From assembly GCA_965209035.1 (NCBI GenBank), contig OZ242372.1, forward strand, positions 448,001-512,000: 64,000 bases of DNA, written 5' to 3'. Each line of letters begins with the position of its first letter. The stretch's first letter is position 1. This document shows positions 42,779-51,718 of this stretch, piece after piece. The notes below the pieces were generated by a model. The model saw only the letters and a list, made by a program, of their open reading frames with translations, ran no database searches and was not told the DNA's origin. This DNA comes from Gammaproteobacteria bacterium. GTDB lineage: Bacteria > Pseudomonadota > Gammaproteobacteria > CBDBNL01 > JAAOII01. Both the position numbers and the translations under genes were made by a program.

Positions 42779-43204
42779 TTGTTAACGCCAAAACAACAAC
42801 AATGTTGCGCGATTTCAAAAAAATTGAATATTCTTCGCAAAAAGGAAGATTTTGACAGGATATTTAAGCAGCCGGAATACAAAGCCGGTGTCCCCGGTCT
42901 TTATCTTCTGGCAAGAAAAAATAATCTTGAATACTCCCGTCTCGGCATGGCAATCCCCAAAAAAGTGATTAAGAAAGCAACCGGACGCAACGCACTTAAA
43001 AGGCGGCTGCGCGTTGCTTTTAAGGAAAGCATGAGCCGAAGTCGGGTTGATGCCGGGGTTGGGTTTGAACAGAAACAGCCCTGCTTGGACTCTGTCGTCA
43101 TCGCCAGACCGCCGATGGGCACATTTGACAAACAGAAAATGACCGAATTGGCACAAAAACTCTTTGCTACCTTGGTGCAAAAAAGCACGCACGCCAAGCG
43201 ATGA
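42779..43204 (+). CDS. rnpA: Ribonuclease P protein component
   Basis: LRKKEDF, RLGMAIPKK and RNALKRRLR; follows rpmH. Confidence 0.92.
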   Translation: MLTPKQQQCCAISKKLNILRKKEDFDRIFKQPEYKAGVPGLYLLARKNNLEYSRLGMAIPKKVIKKATGRNALKRRLRVAFKESMSRSRVDAGVGFEQKQPCLDSVVIARPPMGTFDKQKMTELAQKLFATLVQKSTHAKR

Positions 43205-43488
43205 AACGCATTCTTCTCATGGCAATCGTCCTCTACCAAAAGTGGCTCAGCCCCTTTTTCCCTACCGCTTGTCGCTATTACCCGACCTGCTCCGACTATG
43301 CACACAGGGCCATATCACTTTATGGCTGGCACAAAGGCGGGTATCTCGCCCTCAAACGCTTGATGTCTTGTCATCCCTGGTCGGCAGGTGGCTATGCGCC
43401 TGTGCCGGAGCCGCAGGCTGACGCTGACGAATCGGATATGCGATTAAAAGCCGATACCGGCTTACGCCAGACGACACGGAAGCCATGA
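43201..43488 (+). CDS. yidD: Membrane protein insertion efficiency factor
   Basis: YQKWLSP, CRYYPTCS.Y and CHPW..GG. Confidence 0.93.
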   Translation: MKRILLMAIVLYQKWLSPFFPTACRYYPTCSDYAHRAISLYGWHKGGYLALKRLMSCHPWSAGGYAPVPEPQADADESDMRLKADTGLRQTTRKP

Positions 43489-45314
43489 TACAAAAAATCC
43501 AAAGGCCGATGCTCATTGTCGGTGTTGTACTCACCGGTTACTTGCTGCTTCTGCAATGGCAAGAAGACTATGTCAATACTCCGCCTGTGCCGGAAGTTTC
43601 GCCGGACTATTCGACCCCAGACACCCCTTCGGGGGCCGCACCTTCCGCAAACCCGCCGGCACCTCGTGCCGAAGCGGCAACAGACCTGCCGAGCGTACCG
43701 GAGCAACAGCGATTGCCGGCAAAACCTGCGGAATCAGACGGACTAACTATTATTCCGGGCGGAGACACAGCCGCAGTCAGAGGAAACTACATAGTAGCGG
43801 AGTCGGATGTTATCAGAATTGAAATAGACCCGAGAGGGGGCGATATTGTTCGGGCACAATTAAAACAATACAAAGAACAGCGAGGGACCCATCTCATTTT
43901 GTCCCTTCTGCGGCAAGACAACGGCAGGTTTGCCATAGCCCAGAGCGGTCTGATCGGACAAGACGGGCCGGACAATTCGCCCGACGGACGCCCCCTGTAC
44001 GAGAGTCGGTTGCAAACCTACAAAATGCAAGACGGCGAGAACATTTTGCGTATTCCCTTGACATACCGCAAAGAAGGCGTTACTCTGACCAAAGAATTCC
44101 TGCTCAGAAGGGGCCGCTACGATACGGACATTTCTTTCAAGGTTGAAAATAACGGCGACAGGCCCTGGCTGGCAAACCTATTTGCTCAGTTTAGACGGGA
44201 CGACAAATCGCCTCTTTATGATGAAGAAACCTTCGGTGTCCGTTCCTTCAAAGGAGCCGCCCTCACCACAGCCGGCGATAACTACAAAAAAGTGAGTTTC
44301 GGCGATATGGAAAAACGCGAACTCTTTGAAGAAGTGGAGGGAGGTTGGATGGCAATGGTGCAGCATTATTTTGTTGCCGCCTGGGTTCCTGCGGATACGG
44401 GTAAAACATATATATACAGAACAAGACAAACGGCAAACCGCCAACACTACATTTTTGGCTTCACCGCCCCCGCCTTTCAAGTTCTCCCCGGCCAACAAAA
44501 AACCGAAACGGTACATCTTTACTTGGGACCCAAAATCCAAAAACCTCTGGAAGATCTGGCGCCCTACCTTGCTCTGACCATAGATTACGGTTGGCTTTGG
44601 TACATTTCGCAACCTCTGTTCGGCTTTCTAACATTCATTCACAAGTATGTGAATAATTGGGGGCTTGCCATTATTTTGATGACGCTTGTCATCAAAATCG
44701 TCTTTTTCCCTTTGACAAACACCAGTTACAGATCCATGGCGCGCATGCGGAAGCTACAGCCACAGATGAAAGCCATCCGAGAAGCGCATGCCGACAACCG
44801 CCGGCAAATGCAAGAAGAAATGATGCGTCTTTACAAACGAGAAAAAGTGAACCCGATGGGCGGTTGTCTGCCCATACTGATCCAGATGCCCATATTCATC
44901 TCCTTTTACTGGACCCTCATTGAAAGCGTTGAATTAAGACACAGCCCATTTTTTGGCTGGATTACGGACCTGACAAGTCAGGACCCTTACTTCATACTGC
45001 CGGTACTAATGGGAGCATCGATGTTTGTCCAACAACAACTCAGCCCCACACCGCCGGACCCGACGCAGGCGCGCGTGATGAAGTTCCTGCCCGTGATCTT
45101 CACCATCTTTTTCCTCTGGTTCCCGTCCGGTCTGGTCCTGTATTGGCTGATTAACAACATCCTGTCCATCGGGCAACAATATCTAATCACCGCCCGCCTC
45201 AACAAAACCCCGGATTCCAAGCCAAGTGCCCCTCTTACTCTAAACAAGTTTCTAAACAAGCCTCTGAACAAGTTTCTAAATAAGTTGCTTAAATTTGGGA
45301 AAAAATCCAAGTAG
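43485..45314 (+). CDS. yidC: Membrane protein insertase
   Basis: IDYGWL, NWG.AII, NPMGGCLP and PSGLVLYW. Confidence 0.96.
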   Translation: MIQKIQRPMLIVGVVLTGYLLLLQWQEDYVNTPPVPEVSPDYSTPDTPSGAAPSANPPAPRAEAATDLPSVPEQQRLPAKPAESDGLTIIPGGDTAAVRGNYIVAESDVIRIEIDPRGGDIVRAQLKQYKEQRGTHLILSLLRQDNGRFAIAQSGLIGQDGPDNSPDGRPLYESRLQTYKMQDGENILRIPLTYRKEGVTLTKEFLLRRGRYDTDISFKVENNGDRPWLANLFAQFRRDDKSPLYDEETFGVRSFKGAALTTAGDNYKKVSFGDMEKRELFEEVEGGWMAMVQHYFVAAWVPADTGKTYIYRTRQTANRQHYIFGFTAPAFQVLPGQQKTETVHLYLGPKIQKPLEDLAPYLALTIDYGWLWYISQPLFGFLTFIHKYVNNWGLAIILMTLVIKIVFFPLTNTSYRSMARMRKLQPQMKAIREAHADNRRQMQEEMMRLYKREKVNPMGGCLPILIQMPIFISFYWTLIESVELRHSPFFGWITDLTSQDPYFILPVLMGASMFVQQQLSPTPPDPTQARVMKFLPVIFTIFFLWFPSGLVLYWLINNILSIGQQYLITARLNKTPDSKPSAPLTLNKFLNKPLNKFLNKLLKFGKKSK

Positions 45315-45335
45315 CCTGTCTGGGGCCGAGGCGGA

Positions 45336-46766
45336 ATGACCTCTCAAACCATCCCCCAAACCATCCGGCGCGCAGATCGCGCAACTCAAAACAAGAAAGT
45401 GCAAATATCCAATTCGGGGCAAACGATCGTATCGGTTGCCACACCGCCCGGACGCGGCGCAATCGGCATAGTTCGACTTTCCGGTCCGGACACCCGGCAC
45501 ATCGCCGGTCAGATCACTCGCCGTTCCCCCAAACAAATCAAACCGCACCAAGCAATGTATACCGGTTTTTATGCCGCCGACGGAAGCCTGATTGACAAGG
45601 GTATTCTCCTCTTGTTCCCCGCACCCCGCTCCTTCACGGGCGAAGACATCGCGGAGTTTCACACACACGGCAACCCGCTCATCCAACAGAATTTGACAGA
45701 CCGGGCAATTTCTCTCGGCGCCAAGCCGGCTGCCCCGGGGGAGTTCAGCAGACGCGCCTACCTGAATGACAAGATGGATCTGTCCCAAGCCGAAGCACTC
45801 GCCAGTCTAATCAACAGCGAGAGCGAACTCGCCCTGCGAGCGTCCATGGCATCCCTGCAAGGTGTCTTTTCGGAAGAAGTCCGCCAACTGGATAACGAAC
45901 TGATGCAGTTACGCGTTTATGTGGAAGCGGCTTTGGACTTCCCGGATGAAGACATAGATTTTCTCAATGACGGCGAAGTGGATCGCCAAACCAGGAACCT
46001 GCTAAATCACTTGAATAAGATGCATGCGGAAGCACAACAGGGACAGCAACTCACCGAAGAAACGCAACTGGTCATCCTCGGCAAACCGAATGCGGGCAAG
46101 TCCAGTCTCTTAAATGCCCTTTGTCGTCAAGAAAGATCCATCGTGGATGCCAAGGCCGGCACCACCCGCGACTTTATCCGGCAGTCGGTACGGGCCGGCG
46201 ACCGCTCTTTCACACTGACTGACACAGCCGGCATTCGCACCTCCGTAACAGCGGTGGAACACAAAGGCATTGAGCGGAGTTGGCATCTGGCCGAACTTGC
46301 CGACCGGATCCTGTTTATTTATGACGGACGGCAGCCGCCCGGCAAAAGTTTAATACGCGAACTGACGGACAGAGGACTCCTTGCCAAAGTGCTACTCATA
46401 GAAAACAAAGCAGACCTGACCGACCGACGCCATTGTTCGTTTGTTGTCCGCATCGGCGCGCAGAACCTGCCGGGCGTTCGTCTGTCGGCAAAGACCGGCA
46501 AGGGACTCAACGCACTCATCAAACTTCTCGGCAAAACAGAACACACCGCCCCCGCATACTCCGCCCGCCGCCGCCATCTTCTCGCCCTTGAGCAAACCCG
46601 GGAGACCATCGTTAAAGGATACGGGGTCTTAAAGCAACAGGGTGCCGGCGAGATCTTTGCCGAAGAACTTAAAGTGGCACGCACAATCCTGGGAGAAGTG
46701 ATCGGTAAAACCGATAACGAAGAACTACTCAACAAGATCTTCTCGGAATTTTGCATCGGCAAATGA
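45336..46766 (+). CDS. mnmE: tRNA modification GTPase MnmE
   Basis: ATPPGRG.IG.VRLSG, GKPNAGKSSL, GTTRD, DTAGIR and C-terminal FCIGK. Confidence 0.96.
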   Translation: MTSQTIPQTIRRADRATQNKKVQISNSGQTIVSVATPPGRGAIGIVRLSGPDTRHIAGQITRRSPKQIKPHQAMYTGFYAADGSLIDKGILLLFPAPRSFTGEDIAEFHTHGNPLIQQNLTDRAISLGAKPAAPGEFSRRAYLNDKMDLSQAEALASLINSESELALRASMASLQGVFSEEVRQLDNELMQLRVYVEAALDFPDEDIDFLNDGEVDRQTRNLLNHLNKMHAEAQQGQQLTEETQLVILGKPNAGKSSLLNALCRQERSIVDAKAGTTRDFIRQSVRAGDRSFTLTDTAGIRTSVTAVEHKGIERSWHLAELADRILFIYDGRQPPGKSLIRELTDRGLLAKVLLIENKADLTDRRHCSFVVRIGAQNLPGVRLSAKTGKGLNALIKLLGKTEHTAPAYSARRRHLLALEQTRETIVKGYGVLKQQGAGEIFAEELKVARTILGEVIGKTDNEELLNKIFSEFCIGK

Positions 46767-46865
46767 TGGGATGTTTTGTTCTTTTAATCTATTCTTTGAT
46801 ATCTTCGGGCATATCCGGCAATCCGTAACCCAAAAAGGATATAAGATAAAATAATGTTTTGGTTA

Positions 46866-46950
46866 GGAGAGATGGCAGAGCGGTCGAATGCGGCGGTCTT
46901 GAAAACCGTTGATCCGCGAGGATCCGGGGGTTCGAATCCCTCTCTCTCCG
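46866..46950 (+). tRNA. tRNA-Ser (anticodon TGA), CCA not encoded
   Basis: GGAGAGA/TCTCTCC acceptor stem, anticodon loop CTTGAAA, long variable arm and GGTTCGAATCC T-arm; followed by G-TCA. Confidence 0.96.
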
Positions 46951-47173
46951 TCATATCGTATCGTATATAGCCTTTTGGTACATCATCCCGCAGGTTACAA
47001 AATAGTATGCATCAACACCCAAACCGGATGATCAAAGACGACCGCACAGAGATGTTAAAAGATATGAAAGAGATACCGGAAAATTCCGCAGACCTTATTT
47101 TTGCCGAGTTGGCGTGTATCATATATAATCATATATATAAGTGGTAAAATAAACAACAATAACACAAATACAA

Positions 47174-47722
47174 ATGAACATGAGAGGTGAGCAGAATCTG
47201 GTTTGGCTTGATCTTGAAATGAGCGGGCTGGACGCGGCAAAGCACAAAATCTTGGAGATTGCCACGCTGGTTACCAATTCGGATCTTGACATTCTTGCCC
47301 AGGGACCCGTATATGCAATTTATCAATCCGAATTAGTACTGCAGGATATGGGCGAATGGTGTCAAAATCAACACTCGGCTTCGGGTTTGACCGATAGAGT
47401 GCGGGTTAGCGAAACATCCGAAGCGGAGGCGGAAACAGGCACTCTGAGTTTTCTTGAGAAGTATCTCAATTCGGGCGAGTCGCCCTTGTGTGGCAACACC
47501 GTCCATCAGGATCGGTTTTTTCTAAAAGTCCATATGCCAAAACTGGAACGATTTTTCCATTATCGTAACCTGGATGTTTCCTCGTTCAAAATAGCTGTCA
47601 ATCTTTGGCAGCCGGAGGTTTTAGAGGGCATAAAGAAGAAAAATGACACGCATCTTGCCATGGCAGACATCATTGAGTCTGTCAAAGAAATGCGAGTTTA
47701 CAAAGAGCGTCTGTTCAATTAA
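47174..47722 (+). CDS. orn: Oligoribonuclease
   Basis: LVWLDLEMSGL, LCGN.V.QDR.FL, HYRNLDVS and H.A..DI.ES. Confidence 0.96.
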   Translation: MNMRGEQNLVWLDLEMSGLDAAKHKILEIATLVTNSDLDILAQGPVYAIYQSELVLQDMGEWCQNQHSASGLTDRVRVSETSEAEAETGTLSFLEKYLNSGESPLCGNTVHQDRFFLKVHMPKLERFFHYRNLDVSSFKIAVNLWQPEVLEGIKKKNDTHLAMADIIESVKEMRVYKERLFN

Positions 47723-47775
47723 TCTTTGACCGGGTCCCGGCCGGTTCGCGGGCGACCCGCCAAAAACAAAATCGT

Positions 47776-48456
47776 TTATTGGCTCGGATACATCCTCATC
47801 TTTTGGGCGGCGGCAAGTGCCTCGGGTGTTCCCAAATCAGCCCAGTAGCCGGAATGTTCTTCCGCAGTGAGACGATCGCGCGCCATAGGCCATAGAGCGG
47901 CTTGGAAAGTATCCGCCAACGGGAAAGACCGGCGTTGCTCGCGATCAAAAATCTGCGGCCGCAGAAGACTAATACCGCAAAAAGTATAGTCTGTTCCGGC
48001 AACCGGAACTCCGTCTTTTAAGGAAAAGTCCCCGGTTGTTCCCGTCCGGGTTGGGCTTAGCAAGAGATGTCCGTCCCTGAGGCTGGCAAGATTTGTATCA
48101 ACAAACACACGCAGATCGGCATCATGTAAGATATCGGCATTCACCAACAAAAAGGGGCTCGGTCCAAGCAACGACAGGGCATGCTTGACTCCCCCGCCCG
48201 TATTGAGATACTCCGTTTCCCAACTGTAAAAGATTTTCATTCCCCATGCACTGCCGTCTCCTATGGTGTCGTGTATCATCTTGCCCAGATAATGCAAATT
48301 TATAACACACTCCGTAACACCCGCTTCTTTGAGACGGTTCAACATATGCTCTATCATGGGTTTACCGCCAACGGGAATCAACGGTTTGGGTTTGGATGCT
48401 GTCATTGCGCCCAGCCGGACACCTCGCCCGGCTGCCAGAATCATTGCCCTAATCAC
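47776..48456 (-). CDS. murU: N-acetylmuramate alpha-1-phosphate uridylyltransferase (MurU-like)
   Basis: AMILAAGRG.R....T...PKPL, INLHYLG, TGGG, LVNAD and W.DLGTPE. Confidence 0.78.
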   Translation of the reverse strand: MIRAMILAAGRGVRLGAMTASKPKPLIPVGGKPMIEHMLNRLKEAGVTECVINLHYLGKMIHDTIGDGSAWGMKIFYSWETEYLNTGGGVKHALSLLGPSPFLLVNADILHDADLRVFVDTNLASLRDGHLLLSPTRTGTTGDFSLKDGVPVAGTDYTFCGISLLRPQIFDREQRRSFPLADTFQAALWPMARDRLTAEEHSGYWADLGTPEALAAAQKMRMYPSQ

Positions 48457-48638
48457 TTCCTAACCACTTCCTAACCACTTAATGCTCTGTAATGAATCAT
48501 ACAAAAATTTGGATTAGTAACCGTTTTGCATTCCTCATTTTGCACCGTCCGCACTCCGGCGCGATATCTCGCACTCCATCCTCCCGCGCCCCGTCCCCCA
48601 ATCTGTTTACCCGGGAAAGAGCGGATACCGGCAAGAGA

Positions 48639-49409
48639 TCACCAATAATTCTCGGTTGTGATATGTCCCGGGTCACGCCGCCGATTGCGCTTAAATCCCT
48701 TTTCCGCCATGACCTCGCGCACATCGTTTAGCATCGCGGGATTACCGCACAGCATGATATGTGTGTCTTCGGGACGCATGGCAAGACCCACTCTGTCGGC
48801 AAGACTGCCGTCCGCCAGGGCGGCGGGGATACGGCCGTCCATCGCAAAATCTGTTTGGGTGCGGCTAACAAACGGGACATATGTAAAGTTGGGGGTAAGG
48901 TTGGGGGTAAGATTGGAATGCGACTTCGTTAAATTTCGGATAGTCTCTCCGTATGTCAGTTCTTCGGGATAGCGCACCGCATGCACAAGGACCAGATTTT
49001 CAAACCTCCGCCAGGGATCTTCTGTTTTCAATATGGACAGGAAAGGCCCCAAGCCTGTGCCGGTCGCCATCAACCAAAGGTTCTTGTGTTCTTTGGGGAC
49101 CTCATTAAGGATTAAGAAGCCGCTTACCAGGTCGGACACCCATATTTTGTCTCCCCTTTTGAGTTTATGCAGGGCGGGCGACAACAAGCCGTCGTTAACC
49201 AAAATAGAATACACTTCAAGAAACTCTTCGTGCGGCGCATTAACCAAGGAATAGGGGCGCGCCACTCTCTCGCCGTTAATGTCCAGAGCGACTCGGGTGA
49301 ACTGACCGGAAATGAAAGAAGGATAGTCCGGTACCCGGATCTTCAAAGAATAAAGAGTCTGCGTCCAGTGTTTGTTTTCCTCTATCTCGCCCGCCAGCCA
49401 GTTTGACAT
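48639..49409 (-). CDS. fpr: Ferredoxin(flavodoxin)-NADP+ reductase
   Basis: GQF, RPYS, ATGTGLGPF, MLCGNP.M and GHITTENYW. Confidence 0.93.
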   Translation of the reverse strand: MSNWLAGEIEENKHWTQTLYSLKIRVPDYPSFISGQFTRVALDINGERVARPYSLVNAPHEEFLEVYSILVNDGLLSPALHKLKRGDKIWVSDLVSGFLILNEVPKEHKNLWLMATGTGLGPFLSILKTEDPWRRFENLVLVHAVRYPEELTYGETIRNLTKSHSNLTPNLTPNFTYVPFVSRTQTDFAMDGRIPAALADGSLADRVGLAMRPEDTHIMLCGNPAMLNDVREVMAEKGFKRNRRRDPGHITTENYW

Positions 49410-49481
49410 ATGAACCTCCGAAAGTGCTTATTTAAAAGTTTAAAGATTTACGGCCATCCTTGATTCAGGGATTCAGGTGTT

Positions 49482-50111
49482 TCAAGCAACCAAAAAATCG
49501 GCGGAACGAAACACACTGATCACCGGTAACTTAAATTCCTGTTCCAAGGCCGCAACACCCCCGGCTTCCCTGTCCACCAGGGTGAGCATCGCAACGACCT
49601 CGTAACCCGCATTTTGAAATTCCTTACAGGCCTTGCTAATGGCAGCCCCGCTGGTAATTACATCGTCCACCACCAGAACTTTGCGATCTTTTAGTTCGTT
49701 TTCAATCCGACTGCGTGTGCCGTGTTTTTTCGGTTCCTTGCGCACGATGCTGCCTTCCTCAATGTCCATACCAAGTTGTGCGGCGCGCATCACCAACGCG
49801 GCGGTCATGAAATCCGCGCCCAGCGTCATACCGCCGACAGTGTCAATCCTCTGCGGCAAGTCCGGCACCACAGATCGCAATATGTAATCCGCCATCCAAG
49901 ACAGGAAGTTTCCGTTCAGGGTCGCCTTTTTACAATCAAAGTAAAAGGCGGACGAACTGCCGGCACTCAAAGTAAAATCACTGCCGGACAGCAGACAATG
50001 CTTTTGAATATGAGAGTGCATCTTTTCCCGCAAACGCAGATCCTCTTCTCGCTTGGGACGATGCGCATCCGTTGGCGTTGCCGGGTCCTGTTGGCTCTGT
50101 ATAAAATTCAT
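49482..50111 (-). CDS. pyrE: Orotate phosphoribosyltransferase
   Basis: FTL..G..S.FY.D, VRKEPKKHGT, VVDDVITSG and VDRE.GG. Confidence 0.9.
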   Translation of the reverse strand: MNFIQSQQDPATPTDAHRPKREEDLRLREKMHSHIQKHCLLSGSDFTLSAGSSSAFYFDCKKATLNGNFLSWMADYILRSVVPDLPQRIDTVGGMTLGADFMTAALVMRAAQLGMDIEEGSIVRKEPKKHGTRSRIENELKDRKVLVVDDVITSGAAISKACKEFQNAGYEVVAMLTLVDREAGGVAALEQEFKLPVISVFRSADFLVA

Positions 50112-50393
50112 AGAATATTAAGATGATACCTTCATTATAATTTCATTATAAGAAAAACGAAATACACTCTATGATATGCTCGCATCGATGTTTAGAACTT
50201 TTAAGATTTACATCAAAAATTGTTTAGTCAGACACCCGCTGACGGTCGCCCGGGTTATCCCGGTGACCGGGATCTGTGTGTGATTCCACAGTGCCTTTAC
50301 CGGTTCAACTGTCGCTACACCTCGCGAAAAGGCCGCCTATCGGATGCAAATGGTCACCCCAAGGCGTAGAATGAAAAGAATGAACTTGACATT

Positions 50394-51605
50394 TTGAGTG
50401 GTATGAAAGAGCGGCAGTTCAAAGTAAATATGGAAAAGATTTATGAAACACCAAAAATAAAAAATAAAACTTTCGAGCATGTCGCGGACGCGGGTGTCCA
50501 AGGAACGCTTTTTGAATCGTTAGAAATTGCGAAGCCCGCATACGGGATTAACGCGGAGAAAATTCAAGAAACTTATTTTCATACTCCGCAAGTGAAAGAA
50601 AATCATTTTCAACTACACAATCGTCGCTACATCGGCAGTAAATACAAATTGATAGAATGGATTTTTTCTATTCTTGATAAAGAATGTGAAGGAAAGTCTT
50701 TCACGGATATTTTTGCCGGAACCGGTGTTGTTGCCGCCGTTGCCGGTAAACACTTTGACGAAATTGTTTTAAATGATTTTCTCTATTCAAATGAAGTAAT
50801 CTACAAAGCATTTTTAGGCAAAGGAGACTGGAACTGCCAAAAAATACATACTCTGATTAAAGAATACAACAATATCCAAGGAGAACATTTGGATGAAAAT
50901 TACTTTTCATCTCATTTTGGCAAAAAATATTTCTCGGCAAACTCGGCAAAAATTATTGGCTTCATTCGCGAAAATATTGAGAAAAATAAGGCAGATTTAA
51001 CAGAACGAGAATATCATATGCTGTTGTCATCACTGCTTTACTCCGTTGATAAGATAGCAAATACAGTGGGGCATTACGATGCATATTTCAAAAAAGAATG
51101 GGTTGAAGACCGTTTCATGATGCGACCAATAGATCCTGTTGAAATAAAAACCATTTCTATTTTTAGAGAAGATGCGAACTTACTCGCAAGGCGGATTAAG
51201 TCAGACATCGTGTATATTGACCCGCCTTATAACTCAAGGCAATACAGCCGGTTTTATCATGTGCTTGAAACGCTCACAAAATGGGATAAGGCGACACTAC
51301 ACGGAGTCGCTCTAAAACCCGAACCTGAAAATATGAGTGACTATTGCCGAGCGAGTGCAAAAGACAAGTTTGCCGGGTTAATCGCTGACATCAATGCAAG
51401 TTACCTCGTTGTTTCCTACAACAATACCTACGCTTCAAAAAGCAATTCATCACAAAACAAAATCACACTTGAAGAAATTAAAAACATCCTAAGTAAAAAA
51501 GGAAAAACAAAGATATTTGAAAAAGATTATCGTCATTTCAATGCCGGAAATACTAACTTTAATAATCACAAAGAATATTTGTTCGTAACAAAAACCACTC
51601 CGTGA
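50394..51605 (+). CDS. D12/Dam-class N6-adenine DNA methyltransferase
   Basis: RRYIGSKYKL, DIFAGTG, ANTVGHYDAY and YIDPPYN motifs; AT-rich relative to the flanks. Exact start uncertain. Confidence 0.9.
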   Translation: MSGMKERQFKVNMEKIYETPKIKNKTFEHVADAGVQGTLFESLEIAKPAYGINAEKIQETYFHTPQVKENHFQLHNRRYIGSKYKLIEWIFSILDKECEGKSFTDIFAGTGVVAAVAGKHFDEIVLNDFLYSNEVIYKAFLGKGDWNCQKIHTLIKEYNNIQGEHLDENYFSSHFGKKYFSANSAKIIGFIRENIEKNKADLTEREYHMLLSSLLYSVDKIANTVGHYDAYFKKEWVEDRFMMRPIDPVEIKTISIFREDANLLARRIKSDIVYIDPPYNSRQYSRFYHVLETLTKWDKATLHGVALKPEPENMSDYCRASAKDKFAGLIADINASYLVVSYNNTYASKSNSSQNKITLEEIKNILSKKGKTKIFEKDYRHFNAGNTNFNNHKEYLFVTKTTP

Positions 51606-51664
51606 ATGAAAAAATAAAAAGATCCCCTCTCTTTTATGTGGGGGACAAATATCAACTGATGATG
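51602..51664 (+). pseudogene. Truncated 5' end of a second Dam-family methyltransferase
   Basis: A GTG overlapping the upstream stop reads MNEKIKRSPLFYVGDKYQLM (Dam-family N-terminal motif), then the sequence abruptly becomes unrelated and GC-rich. Confidence 0.7.
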
Positions 51665-51718
51665 CACTCGCACGCGGTACTCCCGCGGCTATCCCGGACC
51701 CCGGACTGTCCTTCCCGC

